Shown here one piece after another: positions 1 to 10,148 of a DNA stretch of 64,000 bases. A model generated the notes under the pieces. The model had not been told where the DNA came from, searched no databases, and saw nothing but the letters and a program-made list of their open reading frames with translations. The translations under genes were made by a program, and so were the position numbers. The stretch comes from Rhizobium sp. Q54 (GTDB lineage: Bacteria; Pseudomonadota; Alphaproteobacteria; UBA828): the NCBI GenBank assembly GCA_945892755.1, contig CAMDDO010000006.1, positions 7,094 through 71,093 on the forward strand, read 5' to 3'. Position 1 is the stretch's first letter. Every line of letters starts with the position of its first letter.

Positions 1-2
1 AA

Positions 3-1448
3 TCGCGCGACCATGCCAGCCACGCCGAGCTCGCGCTCGACAAGGACGGGCAGTTCCTTGGGCTTCGCGTGCGCACCCAAGCCAATCTCGGCGCCTATGC
101 CTCGAATCTGGGTCCGGTCTGCCCAAGCATTCTCTATACCCGCATGCTGTCCTGCGCCTATCGCCTGCCCGCGATCGATGCCGAGGTCAGGGGCGTGTTC
201 ACCAACACGGTCTTCACCGATGCCTATCGCGGTGCGGGGCAGCCCGAGGCGATCTATCTGGTCGAGCGGCTGATCGACAAGGCCGCCCGCGAAAGCGGCA
301 TCGGCGTTGATGAAATCCGCCGGCGTAATTTCATTCGCACGGCGGACATGCCGTACAAGACGCCCGTCGATTGTGTCTACCAGTCCGGCGATTACGCACT
401 GGCATTGGCCGAATGCCAGAAACTCGCCAATTGGGCCGGCTTCGAGGCGCGCCGCGCGGAAGCCGCCAAGCGCGGCAAGAGGCGCGGGATTGGGCTCGGC
501 ATGTATGTCGAGTCGACCGCCGGCGACCCGATGGAGGCGGCCGAGCTTCGCTTTACCAAGGATGACCGCCTGCAAGCCTGGCTCGGCACCAAGTCATCGG
601 GTCAAGGCCACGAGACAACCTACGCGCAATTCCTGAATGAGATGCTCGGCGTGCCGTTCGACAAGATCGACATCATGGAAGGTGATTCCGACGAAGTGCC
701 CTTGGGCGGCGGCACGGGCGGCTCGCGCTCGATCTATATGGCGGGCCTTGCGATCCGGGATGGCGCCGACAAGGTGATCGAAAAGGGCAAGGCGCTTGCC
801 GCGCATTTGCTGGAAGTCTCGGTCGGCGATGTCCGCTTTGTCGACGGTGAGTTCACCATCGTCGGCACCGACCGGCGCATCGATCTCTTGACGCTCGCGG
901 CATCCGCGCGCGACCCCGGCGCGTTGCCGCCCGGCATGACGCCGGGGCTCGACGCCAAGGGCCGCACCGATTTCGCGGGCACCACTTTTCCCAATGGCTG
1001 CCACATCGCCGAGATCGAGATCGATCCCGATACCGGCAAGCTCGATCTGATCGGCTATTGGGCGGTCAATGATTTTGGCCGCGTGGTCAACCCGCTGCTC
1101 TTGGAGGCGCAGGTCCATGGTGGCGTCGCGCAAGGCATCGGCCAGGCGCTGATGGAAGAGGTCGCCTACGACCCGGAAACCGGCCAATTATTGACTGGCT
1201 CCTTCATGGATTACTGCCTGCCGCGCGCGGACGATCTACCCAATTTCGGCGTGCGCGCGACCGACATCCCCTGCCCGTCCAATCCCTTGGGCGTGAAGGG
1301 CTGCGGCGAGGCCGGCTGCATCGCGGCCTGCGCCACGCTGATCAACGCGATCGTCGATGCGTTGGCGCCCTTGGGCATATCGCACATCGACATGCCCGCG
1401 ACGGCGGAAAAAATCTGGCGCGCGATGAACCAGCGCAAGGCGGCCTGA
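3..1448 (+). CDS. Xanthine dehydrogenase/aldehyde oxidase-family molybdopterin-binding subunit (CoxL-like), C-terminal ~480 aa; 5' end lies outside the window
   Basis: Open frame runs from the window edge to the stop at 1448. Translation has CoxL/XdhB-type C-terminal motifs (…GQFLGLRVRTQANLGAYAS…, …GCHIAEIEIDPDTGKLDL…YWAVNDFGRVVNPLL…). Partial at the 5' end. Confidence 0.75.
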   Translation, partial: SRDHASHAELALDKDGQFLGLRVRTQANLGAYASNLGPVCPSILYTRMLSCAYRLPAIDAEVRGVFTNTVFTDAYRGAGQPEAIYLVERLIDKAARESGIGVDEIRRRNFIRTADMPYKTPVDCVYQSGDYALALAECQKLANWAGFEARRAEAAKRGKRRGIGLGMYVESTAGDPMEAAELRFTKDDRLQAWLGTKSSGQGHETTYAQFLNEMLGVPFDKIDIMEGDSDEVPLGGGTGGSRSIYMAGLAIRDGADKVIEKGKALAAHLLEVSVGDVRFVDGEFTIVGTDRRIDLLTLAASARDPGALPPGMTPGLDAKGRTDFAGTTFPNGCHIAEIEIDPDTGKLDLIGYWAVNDFGRVVNPLLLEAQVHGGVAQGIGQALMEEVAYDPETGQLLTGSFMDYCLPRADDLPNFGVRATDIPCPSNPLGVKGCGEAGCIAACATLINAIVDALAPLGISHIDMPATAEKIWRAMNQRKAA

Positions 1449-1526
1449 ACTCAGGTCAGCTTGACACGCGCGGCGGCCGCCGACAGGCTTCGAGTCCAGA
1501 GCCGGCGTCAATTGGTGAGGGTAGTC

Positions 1527-2330
1527 ATGACCGTCACGCAAGCCGACATCGAGACCTATCAGCGCGATGGCGTCGTTTGCCTGCGCGGCGTGATCGATGG
1601 CGCATGGATCGCGCGGCTGCGCGAGGGTGTCGAGCAAGACCTCGCCGCGCCCGGGCCGGACGTCGAGATCTACACCAAGGGCGATGATCCCGGCCTCTTC
1701 TTCAACGACTTCGATCTCTGGCGCCACGTTCCGGCGATGAAGGCGTTCGCCTTCGAGGGCCCCTGTGCCGGCATCGCCGCGCGGCTCATGGGCTCGAAGA
1801 CGATCACCTTCATGTACGACCACCTCTTCCTCAAGGAACCTGGAACACTGGGCCTGACGCGCTGGCATCAGGATCAGCCCTATATGGCGGTCGATGGCTG
1901 GCAGTTCTGCTCGAACTGGATTCCGCTCGATTCCATCGTCGCGGCGACCACCCTCGAATTCATCCGTGGCTCGCATCGTTGGAAGCGCTGGTTCGCGCCG
2001 TTCGACAGCATGAGGGACGGCTCGCCCCATCCGAGCAAGGTCTTCGAGCGCACGCCCGACATCGAGGCGGCACGCCAGGATTACGACATCGTGTCGTGGC
2101 AACTCGAGCCCGGCGATTGCCTCTTCTTTCACGGCCTCATGGTGCACCAGGGGCGCAACAATCCGCGGCTCGACACCCGCCGCCGCACGCTCTCCCATCG
2201 TTGGCTCGGCGACGACGCGCGCTTCATCCTGCGCGATCCGCCGGCCGAATTCCCGAAGCACCCGACAACGCTGAGAAGCGGCGAGCCTTTCCGGAGCGAC
2301 CCGCGATTTCCGGTCATTATAGCGGGTTGA
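1527..2330 (+). CDS. Phytanoyl-CoA dioxygenase (PhyH) family Fe(II)/2-oxoglutarate oxygenase
   Basis: ORF 1461-2330. I chose the internal ATG at 1527 ([17 protein letters not shown]…), preceded by GGTGAGG. PhyH-like H-x-D motif (WHQDQPY) and a C-terminal His. Confidence 0.65.
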   Translation: MTVTQADIETYQRDGVVCLRGVIDGAWIARLREGVEQDLAAPGPDVEIYTKGDDPGLFFNDFDLWRHVPAMKAFAFEGPCAGIAARLMGSKTITFMYDHLFLKEPGTLGLTRWHQDQPYMAVDGWQFCSNWIPLDSIVAATTLEFIRGSHRWKRWFAPFDSMRDGSPHPSKVFERTPDIEAARQDYDIVSWQLEPGDCLFFHGLMVHQGRNNPRLDTRRRTLSHRWLGDDARFILRDPPAEFPKHPTTLRSGEPFRSDPRFPVIIAG

Positions 2331-2433
2331 GCACGCGGGCCGGTCGGCCTGCCGGCGACGAAAAAATGATGACGTTCGCCGCGCGGGGGCGGCACGATCG
2401 AACCCGACGCATGACATGCAGGGAGACGAAGCG

Positions 2434-3135
2434 ATGATGCTGACGCCCACCGAGCTCGAGCGCCTGATCATCTTCACCGCGGCGGAGTTGGCGCGAAAGC
2501 GCCGTGCCGCCGGCCTCAAGCTCAATCATCCGGAAGCGGTCGCGTTGATTTCGGACGAGGTGCTCGAAGGCGCGCGCGCCGGCAGGACCGTGGCCGAGAT
2601 GATCGCGCTCGGCGCCCAAATCCTCACCACCGACGACGTGCTGCCCGGCGTCGCGGCGCTCATGCCGCAAATCCAGGTCGAGCCGGTCTTTCCCGACGGC
2701 ACCAAGCTCGTCACCGTCCATGACCCGATTCGCCCCGGCAAGCAGAAGATATCCGAGAAGCAGCGGATCAAGCCTGGCGAGCTCATCGTCAAGGACGGCG
2801 AAATCGAGATCAACGCCGGCCGTCGCAAGGTCACGCTCAAGGTCACCAACACCGGCGATCGGCCGATCCAAGTCGGCAGCCATTACCATTTCTTCGAGGT
2901 CAATCGCGCGCTCGATTTCAAGCGCGCGGATTCGTTCGGCATGCGGCTCGACGTGCCGTCCGGCACGGCTGTGCGCTTCGAGCCCGGCGAATCGAAGAAC
3001 GTCACGCTGACCGAGTTCGGCGGCGCCGGCTACATCTACGGCCTCAACAACCTGACCAATGGGTCGCGCCACGTCGACATCACCAAGGCCGAGGCGCTCA
3101 AGCGCGCCAAGGCGCGCGGCTTCAAGGGAGCGTGA
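2434..3135 (+). CDS. ureAB: Urease gamma/beta fused subunit (UreA-UreB fusion)
   Basis: N-terminal ~100 aa match urease gamma ([39 protein letters not shown]…[13 protein letters not shown]). After a short linker, urease beta motifs follow (…[20 protein letters not shown]…[10 protein letters not shown]…). GGAGA lies 7 nt upstream of the ATG at 2434. Confidence 0.85.
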   Translation: MMLTPTELERLIIFTAAELARKRRAAGLKLNHPEAVALISDEVLEGARAGRTVAEMIALGAQILTTDDVLPGVAALMPQIQVEPVFPDGTKLVTVHDPIRPGKQKISEKQRIKPGELIVKDGEIEINAGRRKVTLKVTNTGDRPIQVGSHYHFFEVNRALDFKRADSFGMRLDVPSGTAVRFEPGESKNVTLTEFGGAGYIYGLNNLTNGSRHVDITKAEALKRAKARGFKGA

Positions 3136-3136
3136 C

Positions 3137-4849
3137 ATGGTTAAACTGACGCGCAAGCACTATGCCGAGCTCTACGGCCCGACCGTCGGCGACGCGCTCC
3201 GGCTCGGCGACACCGAGCTCCTGGCCGAGCTCGAATTCGACATGAACGTGCCGGGCGATGAATCGGTCGCCGGCGCCGGCAAGACCTTCCGCGACGGGCT
3301 TTCCTTCACGCCGGGTTTCACGCGCGAGCAAGGCGCGCCCGACCTGGTGATCGTCAATGTCACGATCATCGACGCCGTGCTCGGCATCGGCAAGGCCGAT
3401 ATCGGAGTGCGCGATGGCTTGATTGTCGCCATCGGCAAGGCCGGCAATCCCGACGTGCAGGACGGCGTCAGCGCCAATCTGGTGTGCGGCGCCGATACCC
3501 AGGTGATCAATGGCATGGGCTTCATCGCCACCGCCGGCGCGATCGACTGCCACGTCCACTTCTATAGTCCGAGCCTGAACGCCGCCGCGCTCTCCTCCGG
3601 CATTACCACCATGATCGGCGGCGGCTCGGGCCCGCACGCGCTGCCGATCGATGGCGGCTCGGATTGGAACGTGGCGCGCATGTTGGAGCATTCCGAAGCT
3701 TGGCCGCTGAACTTCGGCTTCATCGCGCGAGGCAATTCGTCCAAGCCCGAATCGCTCTATGGCCAGATCGCGGGCGGCTGCATCGGCTTCAAGATCCACG
3801 AAGACTGGGGCGCCATGCCGGCGGTGATCGATTGTTGCCTGAAGGTTGCCGACGAGCTCGACGTGCAGGTCCAGCTTCACACAGACTCACTGAACGAATC
3901 CGGCTTCCTCGAGGACACGCTGGCCGCGATCGACGGCCGCACCATCCACATGTACCACACCGAGGGCGCCGGCGGCGGCCATGCGCCTGACATCATCGCG
4001 GTCGCCGGCGAGGCTAATTGCCTGACCTCCTCGACCAACCCGACCAACCCCTACACCAAGAACACGTTCGACGAGCACCTCGACATGATCATGGTGTGCC
4101 ACCACCTGAATCCCGCGGTGCCGGAAGATGTCTCATTCGCCGAGAGCCGCATTCGCGCCGAGACGATCGCCGCCGAGGACGTGCTGCACGACATCGGTGC
4201 GATTTCGATGCTGGGTTCGGACTCGATGGGCATGGGTCGCATCCACGAAGTGGTCGGCCGCACCTGGCAGCTCGCCAGCAAAATGAAAGTGCAGCGCGGG
4301 CGCCTGCCGAGCGAGCGCAGCGCGATTGGCGACAACGAGCGGATCAAGCGCTATATCGCCAAATACACCATCAACGTGGCGCGCACCTTCGGCATCGATC
4401 GCTATGTCGGCTCGCTCGAGCCCGGCAAGATGGCCGACATCGTGCTCTGGCGCCCAGGCTTTTTCGGGCTGAAGCCCGAGTTCGTCATCAAATCGGGCTT
4501 CCTCGCCTGGGGCAATATCGGCGATGCCACCGCCTCGACCATGTGGGTCGAGCCCATGATGTTGCGTCCGCTCTTTGGTGCCCATGGCAGAGCACCCGCT
4601 TCGCTCGGGGCCAATTTCGTCGGGCGCTCGGCGCTCGAGGCCGGCGTGCGCCAAAAGCTCGGCCTCAACAAACAATTTCTGCCGGTCTACAACACGAGGA
4701 AGCTCAACAAGCGCCACATGCTGCACAATGACGCGCTGCCGAAAATCAAGGTCAACCCCGAGACCTTCGAGGTCTTCGTCGACGGCAAGCTCGCGACTTG
4801 CGAGCCCGCCACCGAGCTGCCGCTCACCCAGCGCTATATGTTGCGCTGA
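3137..4849 (+). CDS. ureC: Urease alpha subunit
   Basis: 570 aa. Start ATG at 3137 follows the ureAB stop by one base, with AAGGGAG upstream. Canonical urease active-site context is conserved: AIDCHVHF (His-x-His), GFKIHEDWG (carbamylated Lys), [30 protein letters not shown]. Confidence 0.9.
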   Translation: MVKLTRKHYAELYGPTVGDALRLGDTELLAELEFDMNVPGDESVAGAGKTFRDGLSFTPGFTREQGAPDLVIVNVTIIDAVLGIGKADIGVRDGLIVAIGKAGNPDVQDGVSANLVCGADTQVINGMGFIATAGAIDCHVHFYSPSLNAAALSSGITTMIGGGSGPHALPIDGGSDWNVARMLEHSEAWPLNFGFIARGNSSKPESLYGQIAGGCIGFKIHEDWGAMPAVIDCCLKVADELDVQVQLHTDSLNESGFLEDTLAAIDGRTIHMYHTEGAGGGHAPDIIAVAGEANCLTSSTNPTNPYTKNTFDEHLDMIMVCHHLNPAVPEDVSFAESRIRAETIAAEDVLHDIGAISMLGSDSMGMGRIHEVVGRTWQLASKMKVQRGRLPSERSAIGDNERIKRYIAKYTINVARTFGIDRYVGSLEPGKMADIVLWRPGFFGLKPEFVIKSGFLAWGNIGDATASTMWVEPMMLRPLFGAHGRAPASLGANFVGRSALEAGVRQKLGLNKQFLPVYNTRKLNKRHMLHNDALPKIKVNPETFEVFVDGKLATCEPATELPLTQRYMLR

Positions 4850-4854
4850 ACCAG

Positions 4855-5880
4855 CTATACGAGCTTCAGATCGATCAGGCTCTTCGCGGCGGCAATTGCC
4901 GCCTCGCTGGTCGGGCGAAAACGGAAGCCGAGCACCTGCCGAGCCTTGGCGTTGCTGATTGGCCGTTCGAGGTCAAGTTCGGGCACGATGGCACGCAGCC
5001 GAAGATCGACCAGCCCAAGCAGGCGCACGATGAAACTCGGCATCTCGCGCGTGGGCACCTTCTTCGCCTCGGGCAAGGCGGCGCGAATCGCGCGTGACCA
5101 TTCGACAAACCATTGCGAACTATCGGCGCATATAAAGCGCTGATTGGCCGCCGCCGGATTGGCTATCGCGGCGACGTGCATCGCCGCCACGTCGCGCACA
5201 TCGACCACGGGGAAATGAACATGCGGCACGGCCGGATATTTGCCGCGCAGCATCAATTGGATGATTTCGATCGACGAGCCGAATTCGCCATCGAGCGTCG
5301 GACCCAGAATGAATCCCGGATTGATCACGGAGAGGCTCATGCCCGAGCGATCCGCCTTGATGAAATCCCATGCGGCGCGTTCGGCCAACGTTTTCGAGCG
5401 CGAATAGGGCGTCACATGCCTGCCTTCGGGGTCGGTCCAGTCATCTTCCGTCAGCACGGCACCGCCAATCTTGGGCGGGCCATGCATGATCGCGACGGTG
5501 GATGAGGTCAGCACGGTGCGCTTCGCGCCGGCCCCGGAGGCCGCCTTGAGCACGCGCAAGCTGCCCTCGCGCGCCGGGCCGACCAAGGCGTCCCGGCCCT
5601 TCGGTTGGGCGATCGGAAAAGGCGAGGCGACGTGCATGACATATTCACACCCCCGCGCCGCTGCCTCCCAACCTTGATCGCTCGTCAAATCCGCTTCGAC
5701 GAGCTCTAGCCGGCCGTCGATGGTGGCGTGCTTCGCCAAGGCCGCGCGCACGGCGTCCGCGCGCTTCAACGAACGCACCGTGCCACGCACGCGATAGCCC
5801 TTGTCGAGCAGCGCCACGCCGCAATGTTTGCCGACAAAGCCCGATAGGCCAGTCACCAGGACCAGCGCGCCATCCGCCAT
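4855..5880 (-). CDS. NAD(P)-dependent epimerase/dehydratase-family (SDR, aldehyde/cinnamoyl-CoA reductase-like) oxidoreductase
   Basis: N-terminal Rossmann motif VLVTGLSGFVG. Second ATG (5880) chosen because GGGGGGA lies 6 nt upstream. Convergent with ureC; stops are 6 bp apart. Confidence 0.7.
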   Translation of the reverse strand: MADGALVLVTGLSGFVGKHCGVALLDKGYRVRGTVRSLKRADAVRAALAKHATIDGRLELVEADLTSDQGWEAAARGCEYVMHVASPFPIAQPKGRDALVGPAREGSLRVLKAASGAGAKRTVLTSSTVAIMHGPPKIGGAVLTEDDWTDPEGRHVTPYSRSKTLAERAAWDFIKADRSGMSLSVINPGFILGPTLDGEFGSSIEIIQLMLRGKYPAVPHVHFPVVDVRDVAAMHVAAIANPAAANQRFICADSSQWFVEWSRAIRAALPEAKKVPTREMPSFIVRLLGLVDLRLRAIVPELDLERPISNAKARQVLGFRFRPTSEAAIAAAKSLIDLKLV

Positions 5881-6148
5881 TTGCATCCCCCCATAGTGCC
5901 GGCGTGCTTTCCCGCCGACTGTACTGACTATTTAAGCGCTCGCGCCGCTCCGACCAGGGGACCAGCCGCACAATTCGGTCGCACCGGGCCGAGGGCGCGC
6001 GACGCGCCTTGTGAGCGCCGCTCGCCTTGCGCTAAGGTCACAAAATTAAGGTACTCGGTATGACCAATTGAGGCGAGGCCGATCCGAGACGCTTGGCGCA
6101 ATGGATCAAGCCGCGCCCGACCAACATCAAGAGGGAGGCGCACGTACC

Positions 6149-7516
6149 ATGTTCCGTAGGACCACATCACGCCCGGCCGCGGCCGATCAGACCACGGGCC
6201 TGAACCGGCGTAATTTCCTCAAGGGCTTGAGCTTGGCAGGCGTCGGTGGCGCCGCATTGTCGAGCAGCCTGCTCGGTGATCTCAATCTCAAGGCCGGCGT
6301 CAAAGCCGCCGAAGGCGAACCGATCCCGGTCGGCGGCGCGGTACCGATTACCGGCTGGGCGGCGGCCGATGGCATCGAGTTCCAGCGCGGGCTTGAAATG
6401 GCGTGTGAAGATATCAACGCCATGGGCGGCATCCTCGGACGCCAGCTAAAGCCGGTGTTCGAGGACACCAAGGAACAGGGCGCCGACAATATCATTCCGG
6501 CGATCCAGCGCTTGATCGACCGCCACAAAGTGCACGCCATCATCAATGGCTACAACACCGGCGCAGTGACCGCGGAGTACGACACCGTGGCCGATTCCGG
6601 CGTGATCTACATGCACCACAACACCGACATCGTGCATCACGACACCGTCGGCAAAAATCCGGATCGCTATTTCTCGATCTTCATGAATGATCCGGCCGAA
6701 TATTGGTACGGCAAGGGCCTCCTGAAGTTCCTCAACGGCCTCGGCGACAGCGGTCAGTGGAAGCGGCCGAACAACAAGATCGCAATCGTCACCGGCTCGC
6801 AAAACTATAGCGTCGTGATCGCCAACGCGATCCGCGACAACGCCAAGGAATTCGGTTGGGACGTCAGCCTCTACGAGACCGTCGTGGTGCCGATCTCGGA
6901 GTGGGGCCCAACCCTGCAAAAGCTACGCAATGATCCGCCCGCCTGCATCGCCGTGACCCATTGGGTACCGCAGGATCTCGCCCAGTTTTGCATTCAGTTC
7001 AAGCCGAACCCGACCAACAGCTTGGTCTACATGCAATACGGCCCATCGCTCGCGGCGTTCCGCGAGATCGGCAAGGAGAACACCAACGGCGTGCTTTATT
7101 CGACCGTGGTCGCCTCGCTGCAGGACGAAATCGGCACTGAATTCAACAATCGCTACAAGGCGAAATTCGGCGCCAGCGCAAGCCCCTTGGCCGGCGCTCA
7201 GGCCTACGATCCGACCTTCATGTGGGCGATCGCCTCGGCGGTTTCGGGCGGCTCGGGCGGCCCCGGCGAGATCGATCAAAATAAGAAGGTATCCAACGTG
7301 CTGCGCCGCATGATCTATCGCGGCACGCTCGGCACCACGAAGTATTTCCTGCCCGAGCAAGCGGCGATCCCCTACCCGGATGCCACCAAAGATCCCTCGC
7401 TCGGCATGCCGCATCAATATCTGCAGATCCAGGACTTCACCAAGGAGCCGGCCTTGATCGCGCCGGCGCCCTATGAGACGTCGACCTTCCAGATGCCGCC
7501 TTGGATCAAGGCCTGA
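6149..7516 (+). CDS. ABC transporter periplasmic substrate-binding protein (type I PBP, Leu/Ile/Val/amide-urea binding family) with twin-arginine signal
   Basis: 455 aa. GGAGG lies 9 nt upstream of the ATG at 6149. TAT motif RRNFLKGL is followed by a hydrophobic stretch. Body resembles LivK/FmdD-type SBPs. Confidence 0.65.
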   Translation: MFRRTTSRPAAADQTTGLNRRNFLKGLSLAGVGGAALSSSLLGDLNLKAGVKAAEGEPIPVGGAVPITGWAAADGIEFQRGLEMACEDINAMGGILGRQLKPVFEDTKEQGADNIIPAIQRLIDRHKVHAIINGYNTGAVTAEYDTVADSGVIYMHHNTDIVHHDTVGKNPDRYFSIFMNDPAEYWYGKGLLKFLNGLGDSGQWKRPNNKIAIVTGSQNYSVVIANAIRDNAKEFGWDVSLYETVVVPISEWGPTLQKLRNDPPACIAVTHWVPQDLAQFCIQFKPNPTNSLVYMQYGPSLAAFREIGKENTNGVLYSTVVASLQDEIGTEFNNRYKAKFGASASPLAGAQAYDPTFMWAIASAVSGGSGGPGEIDQNKKVSNVLRRMIYRGTLGTTKYFLPEQAAIPYPDATKDPSLGMPHQYLQIQDFTKEPALIAPAPYETSTFQMPPWIKA

Positions 7517-7636
7517 GCGCGCAGGAAAAGGATCGGGGCCGGCGTTTGCGCGTCGGCCCCGTTCGCGTTTCGCCGAAGGCTCCTTCGCCGAGGGCGCAGT
7601 GGATGATTGTCGCCTTCTGCCGCTAGGATTTCCGGC

Positions 7637-8686
7637 ATGCTGAGCCTCTTCAACCCGTCGAATCAGCTCGGGCGGCCCTCGTCGCTTCGCCTCGATCTGT
7701 CGGTCGGCCTGCCGCTACTTGCGTTCTTGGCGATCATTCCGATCTTCGCGCCGTCGAACTATCTGATCGGGCAACTGATCCTGTTTTTCCTTTGGGGCAC
7801 GGTGGTGACCCAATGGAATCTCGTGTTTGGCGTCGGTGGTATCTTCTCGCTCGCCCAGATGGCGTTGTTCGCCTTCGGCGGCTTTGTAACTGGCATCATC
7901 GGGCTTTATCTCGGCTGGTCGCTCTGGGCCGCGCTGCCGCTTGCCGGTTTCGGTTCGGTGCTGTTCAGCCTGCTGGTCGGGCTTGCCTGCCTGCGCCTGC
8001 GCGGGCCCTATGTGGCGCTGCTCACGCTCGCCATCGCCCAGGTGATGTATTTGCTCATCATCACCGATACCGATTGCTTCTACATGGAAGGCGTGACCTG
8101 CCGGAACTTCACCGGTGGCACGCGCGGCCTCGCCAAATATGGCGATTTCGGCTTCCGCGATTTGCTCGGCGCGAAATGGGCGATCGGTCACTACTATATG
8201 GGCCTGGTCATGCTCGTGCTGTCGACCATCATGTCGATCGCGATCATCAGAGGGCCGTTGGGCCTTGCCTTCCGAGCGCTCCGCGACAACCCGGCCTATG
8301 CGCTCGCGCGCGGACTCGACCGGTTCAAATATCAGCTCTTCGTCTTCGCGATGTCGGCCTTCTTCACCGGCATCGCCGGCGGCGTCTATGCCGGGCACTT
8401 CAAAGTGATCGGCGCCAATGTGCTCTACCTCTCACTCCTTCTGTTCCTGCTCGCCATGATGATCGTTGGCGGCATGGGCCGAGTGTGGGGGCCCATTCTC
8501 GGCGCGGCCGCGCTCATGCTCGCCGATGAAGCGCTCAAGGACTACGTCGAGTGGCGCAATATCGGCCTCGGCATCGTAATTGCCCTGTTCGCGATGCTCT
8601 GGCCGCAAGGCATCGTCGGCGCGTTGGAAACCGTCTGGGCGAGACTCAAGCGCCGTTTGCGGGGCGACGGGGCAACGGCCACGTAG
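7637..8686 (+). CDS. Branched-chain amino acid-type ABC transporter permease (LivM/UrtC-like)
   Basis: Multi-TM hydrophobic protein with a LivM-type permease signature region. No second permease or ATPase genes adjacent. Confidence 0.7.
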   Translation: MLSLFNPSNQLGRPSSLRLDLSVGLPLLAFLAIIPIFAPSNYLIGQLILFFLWGTVVTQWNLVFGVGGIFSLAQMALFAFGGFVTGIIGLYLGWSLWAALPLAGFGSVLFSLLVGLACLRLRGPYVALLTLAIAQVMYLLIITDTDCFYMEGVTCRNFTGGTRGLAKYGDFGFRDLLGAKWAIGHYYMGLVMLVLSTIMSIAIIRGPLGLAFRALRDNPAYALARGLDRFKYQLFVFAMSAFFTGIAGGVYAGHFKVIGANVLYLSLLLFLLAMMIVGGMGRVWGPILGAAALMLADEALKDYVEWRNIGLGIVIALFAMLWPQGIVGALETVWARLKRRLRGDGATAT

Positions 8687-8690
8687 CCCG

Positions 8691-10043
8691 CTACAGCACC
8701 TCGTCCTCGAGCCGAAAGCCGGCATAGGCGAGGCGTAGCCGCATCAAGCGCAGCGCCGGCACGCGGTAGCGCCGGGGCGGTGTCGCGATCACCGCCGGAA
8801 GCGCCTCGGCCGCGCCTTTAGCGCCGACGCTCAGCGCCGCGACCGCGCGGCCCGACCAGCTTGCCATGGCAACACCCGAACCATGATAGGCGAGCGCGCA
8901 AAAACTGGTGCGCTCGTCATTCAGGGCGGCGATGTGGGGCGTCAGCGCGGCCGAGAGACAAACCAAGCCGCGCCAGAAGTGCTTGGTCTCGACGCCCCTC
9001 CACGCCGGATAAATCTGGCCCAGCCGTCGCTCCATCCAGGCGCGCTGGCGCGGCAGCGCGCCCGGCGAAGCATCGAGCCCGCCGCGCGCGCCGAACATGA
9101 AGCGCCGATCGGGCAGCAGGCGCACGTAATAGAGCAGATGACGCGTGTCCGAGACCGGCGTCTCGGTGCTATAGCCTTGCGCCTCGATTTCGGCGGCACT
9201 CAAGGGGCGTGTGACCAGGATATTGGAGAGCGCGGGCATCAGTGTGCCGGCAAGGGTGGGATGCAATGTATCGCGGGTGAAGCCATTGGTCGCGACGATG
9301 ACGCGCCCGGCCCGCACGCGACCGCGCGGCGTCGCCAAGACATGGCGTCCCGCCTCCCTTTGCCAACCGATGACCGGAGAATCGGCATGAATGCGCGCGC
9401 CACGCCCGTGCGCGGCATCGGCCAGACCACGTGCGTATTTGAGCGGATGCAGGCCGAAGCCGACCGCTTGATGCAACGCGCCGAACGCCTCGGATGAGGC
9501 ATAGCCATGCGCGCGCAGCTCAGCGCGTGACCACAACGACGTCGCGCCGCCGCCATGACGCGACAAGATCGCTGCTTCCGCCTCGAGCTCGGCCCACCGT
9601 GATGGCCGATGCGCGACCGTGATCGTGCCCGAGCCTTGTGCATCGAACGCGATTCCCTCCGCCGCGCCGAGCGCTCTAACGAGCTCAACGGCCTCGACTT
9701 GGGCCGCGATAAATCGGCTGGTCTCTTCCAGGCCAAAGCGCGCCACCATGCGGGCATGAGAGAGCTTGGCCGAACCGAGACAACAGAACCCGCCATTGCG
9801 GCCGGAGGCACCGAAGCCGATCGGTCCGGCGTCGAGCACGCAGGCCAAGACGCCGTGATCGCGCGCCAGATGATAGGCGGCCGAAAGCCCGGTATAGCCG
9901 CCGCCGATGATCGCGACCTCGGCCTCGATATCGCCCTCGAGCGGTGCGAAGCGGCTTGCGTTCCACGCGCCGGCGCTGGCCTGCCAATAGCTCGGCACCG
10001 GCAGCGCGGTGTCGTAGATCGAGGCGTGATAGAGCGCGCTCAT
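8691..10043 (-). CDS. FAD-dependent oxidoreductase (DAO family; gamma-glutamylputrescine/amine oxidase-like)
   Basis: Dinucleotide-binding motif VAIIGGGYTGLSAAYHLA near the N-terminus. Start set at MSALYHAS (ATG ending 10043); the ORF could extend to 10085. Convergent with the permease (5 bp apart). Confidence 0.6.
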   Translation of the reverse strand: MSALYHASIYDTALPVPSYWQASAGAWNASRFAPLEGDIEAEVAIIGGGYTGLSAAYHLARDHGVLACVLDAGPIGFGASGRNGGFCCLGSAKLSHARMVARFGLEETSRFIAAQVEAVELVRALGAAEGIAFDAQGSGTITVAHRPSRWAELEAEAAILSRHGGGATSLWSRAELRAHGYASSEAFGALHQAVGFGLHPLKYARGLADAAHGRGARIHADSPVIGWQREAGRHVLATPRGRVRAGRVIVATNGFTRDTLHPTLAGTLMPALSNILVTRPLSAAEIEAQGYSTETPVSDTRHLLYYVRLLPDRRFMFGARGGLDASPGALPRQRAWMERRLGQIYPAWRGVETKHFWRGLVCLSAALTPHIAALNDERTSFCALAYHGSGVAMASWSGRAVAALSVGAKGAAEALPAVIATPPRRYRVPALRLMRLRLAYAGFRLEDEVL

Positions 10044-10086
10044 GGCACGGGGTTTATGGATCGACGCGGCACCGTCAAAACGCAAA

Positions 10087-10115
10087 GGCCGCCGGTATCA
10101 CGCCGGCGGCCTTTC
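10087..10115 (-). terminator. Rho-independent-like terminator hairpin downstream of mlaC
   Basis: Perfect 9-bp GC stem GGCCGCCGG/CCGGCGGCC (10087-10095 / 10103-10111), flanked by AAA and TTT. T-rich on the minus strand after the stem. Confidence 0.55.
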
Positions 10116-10148
10116 GATCGTCACCCCGCGATGGGGTAGGCACCCGAA

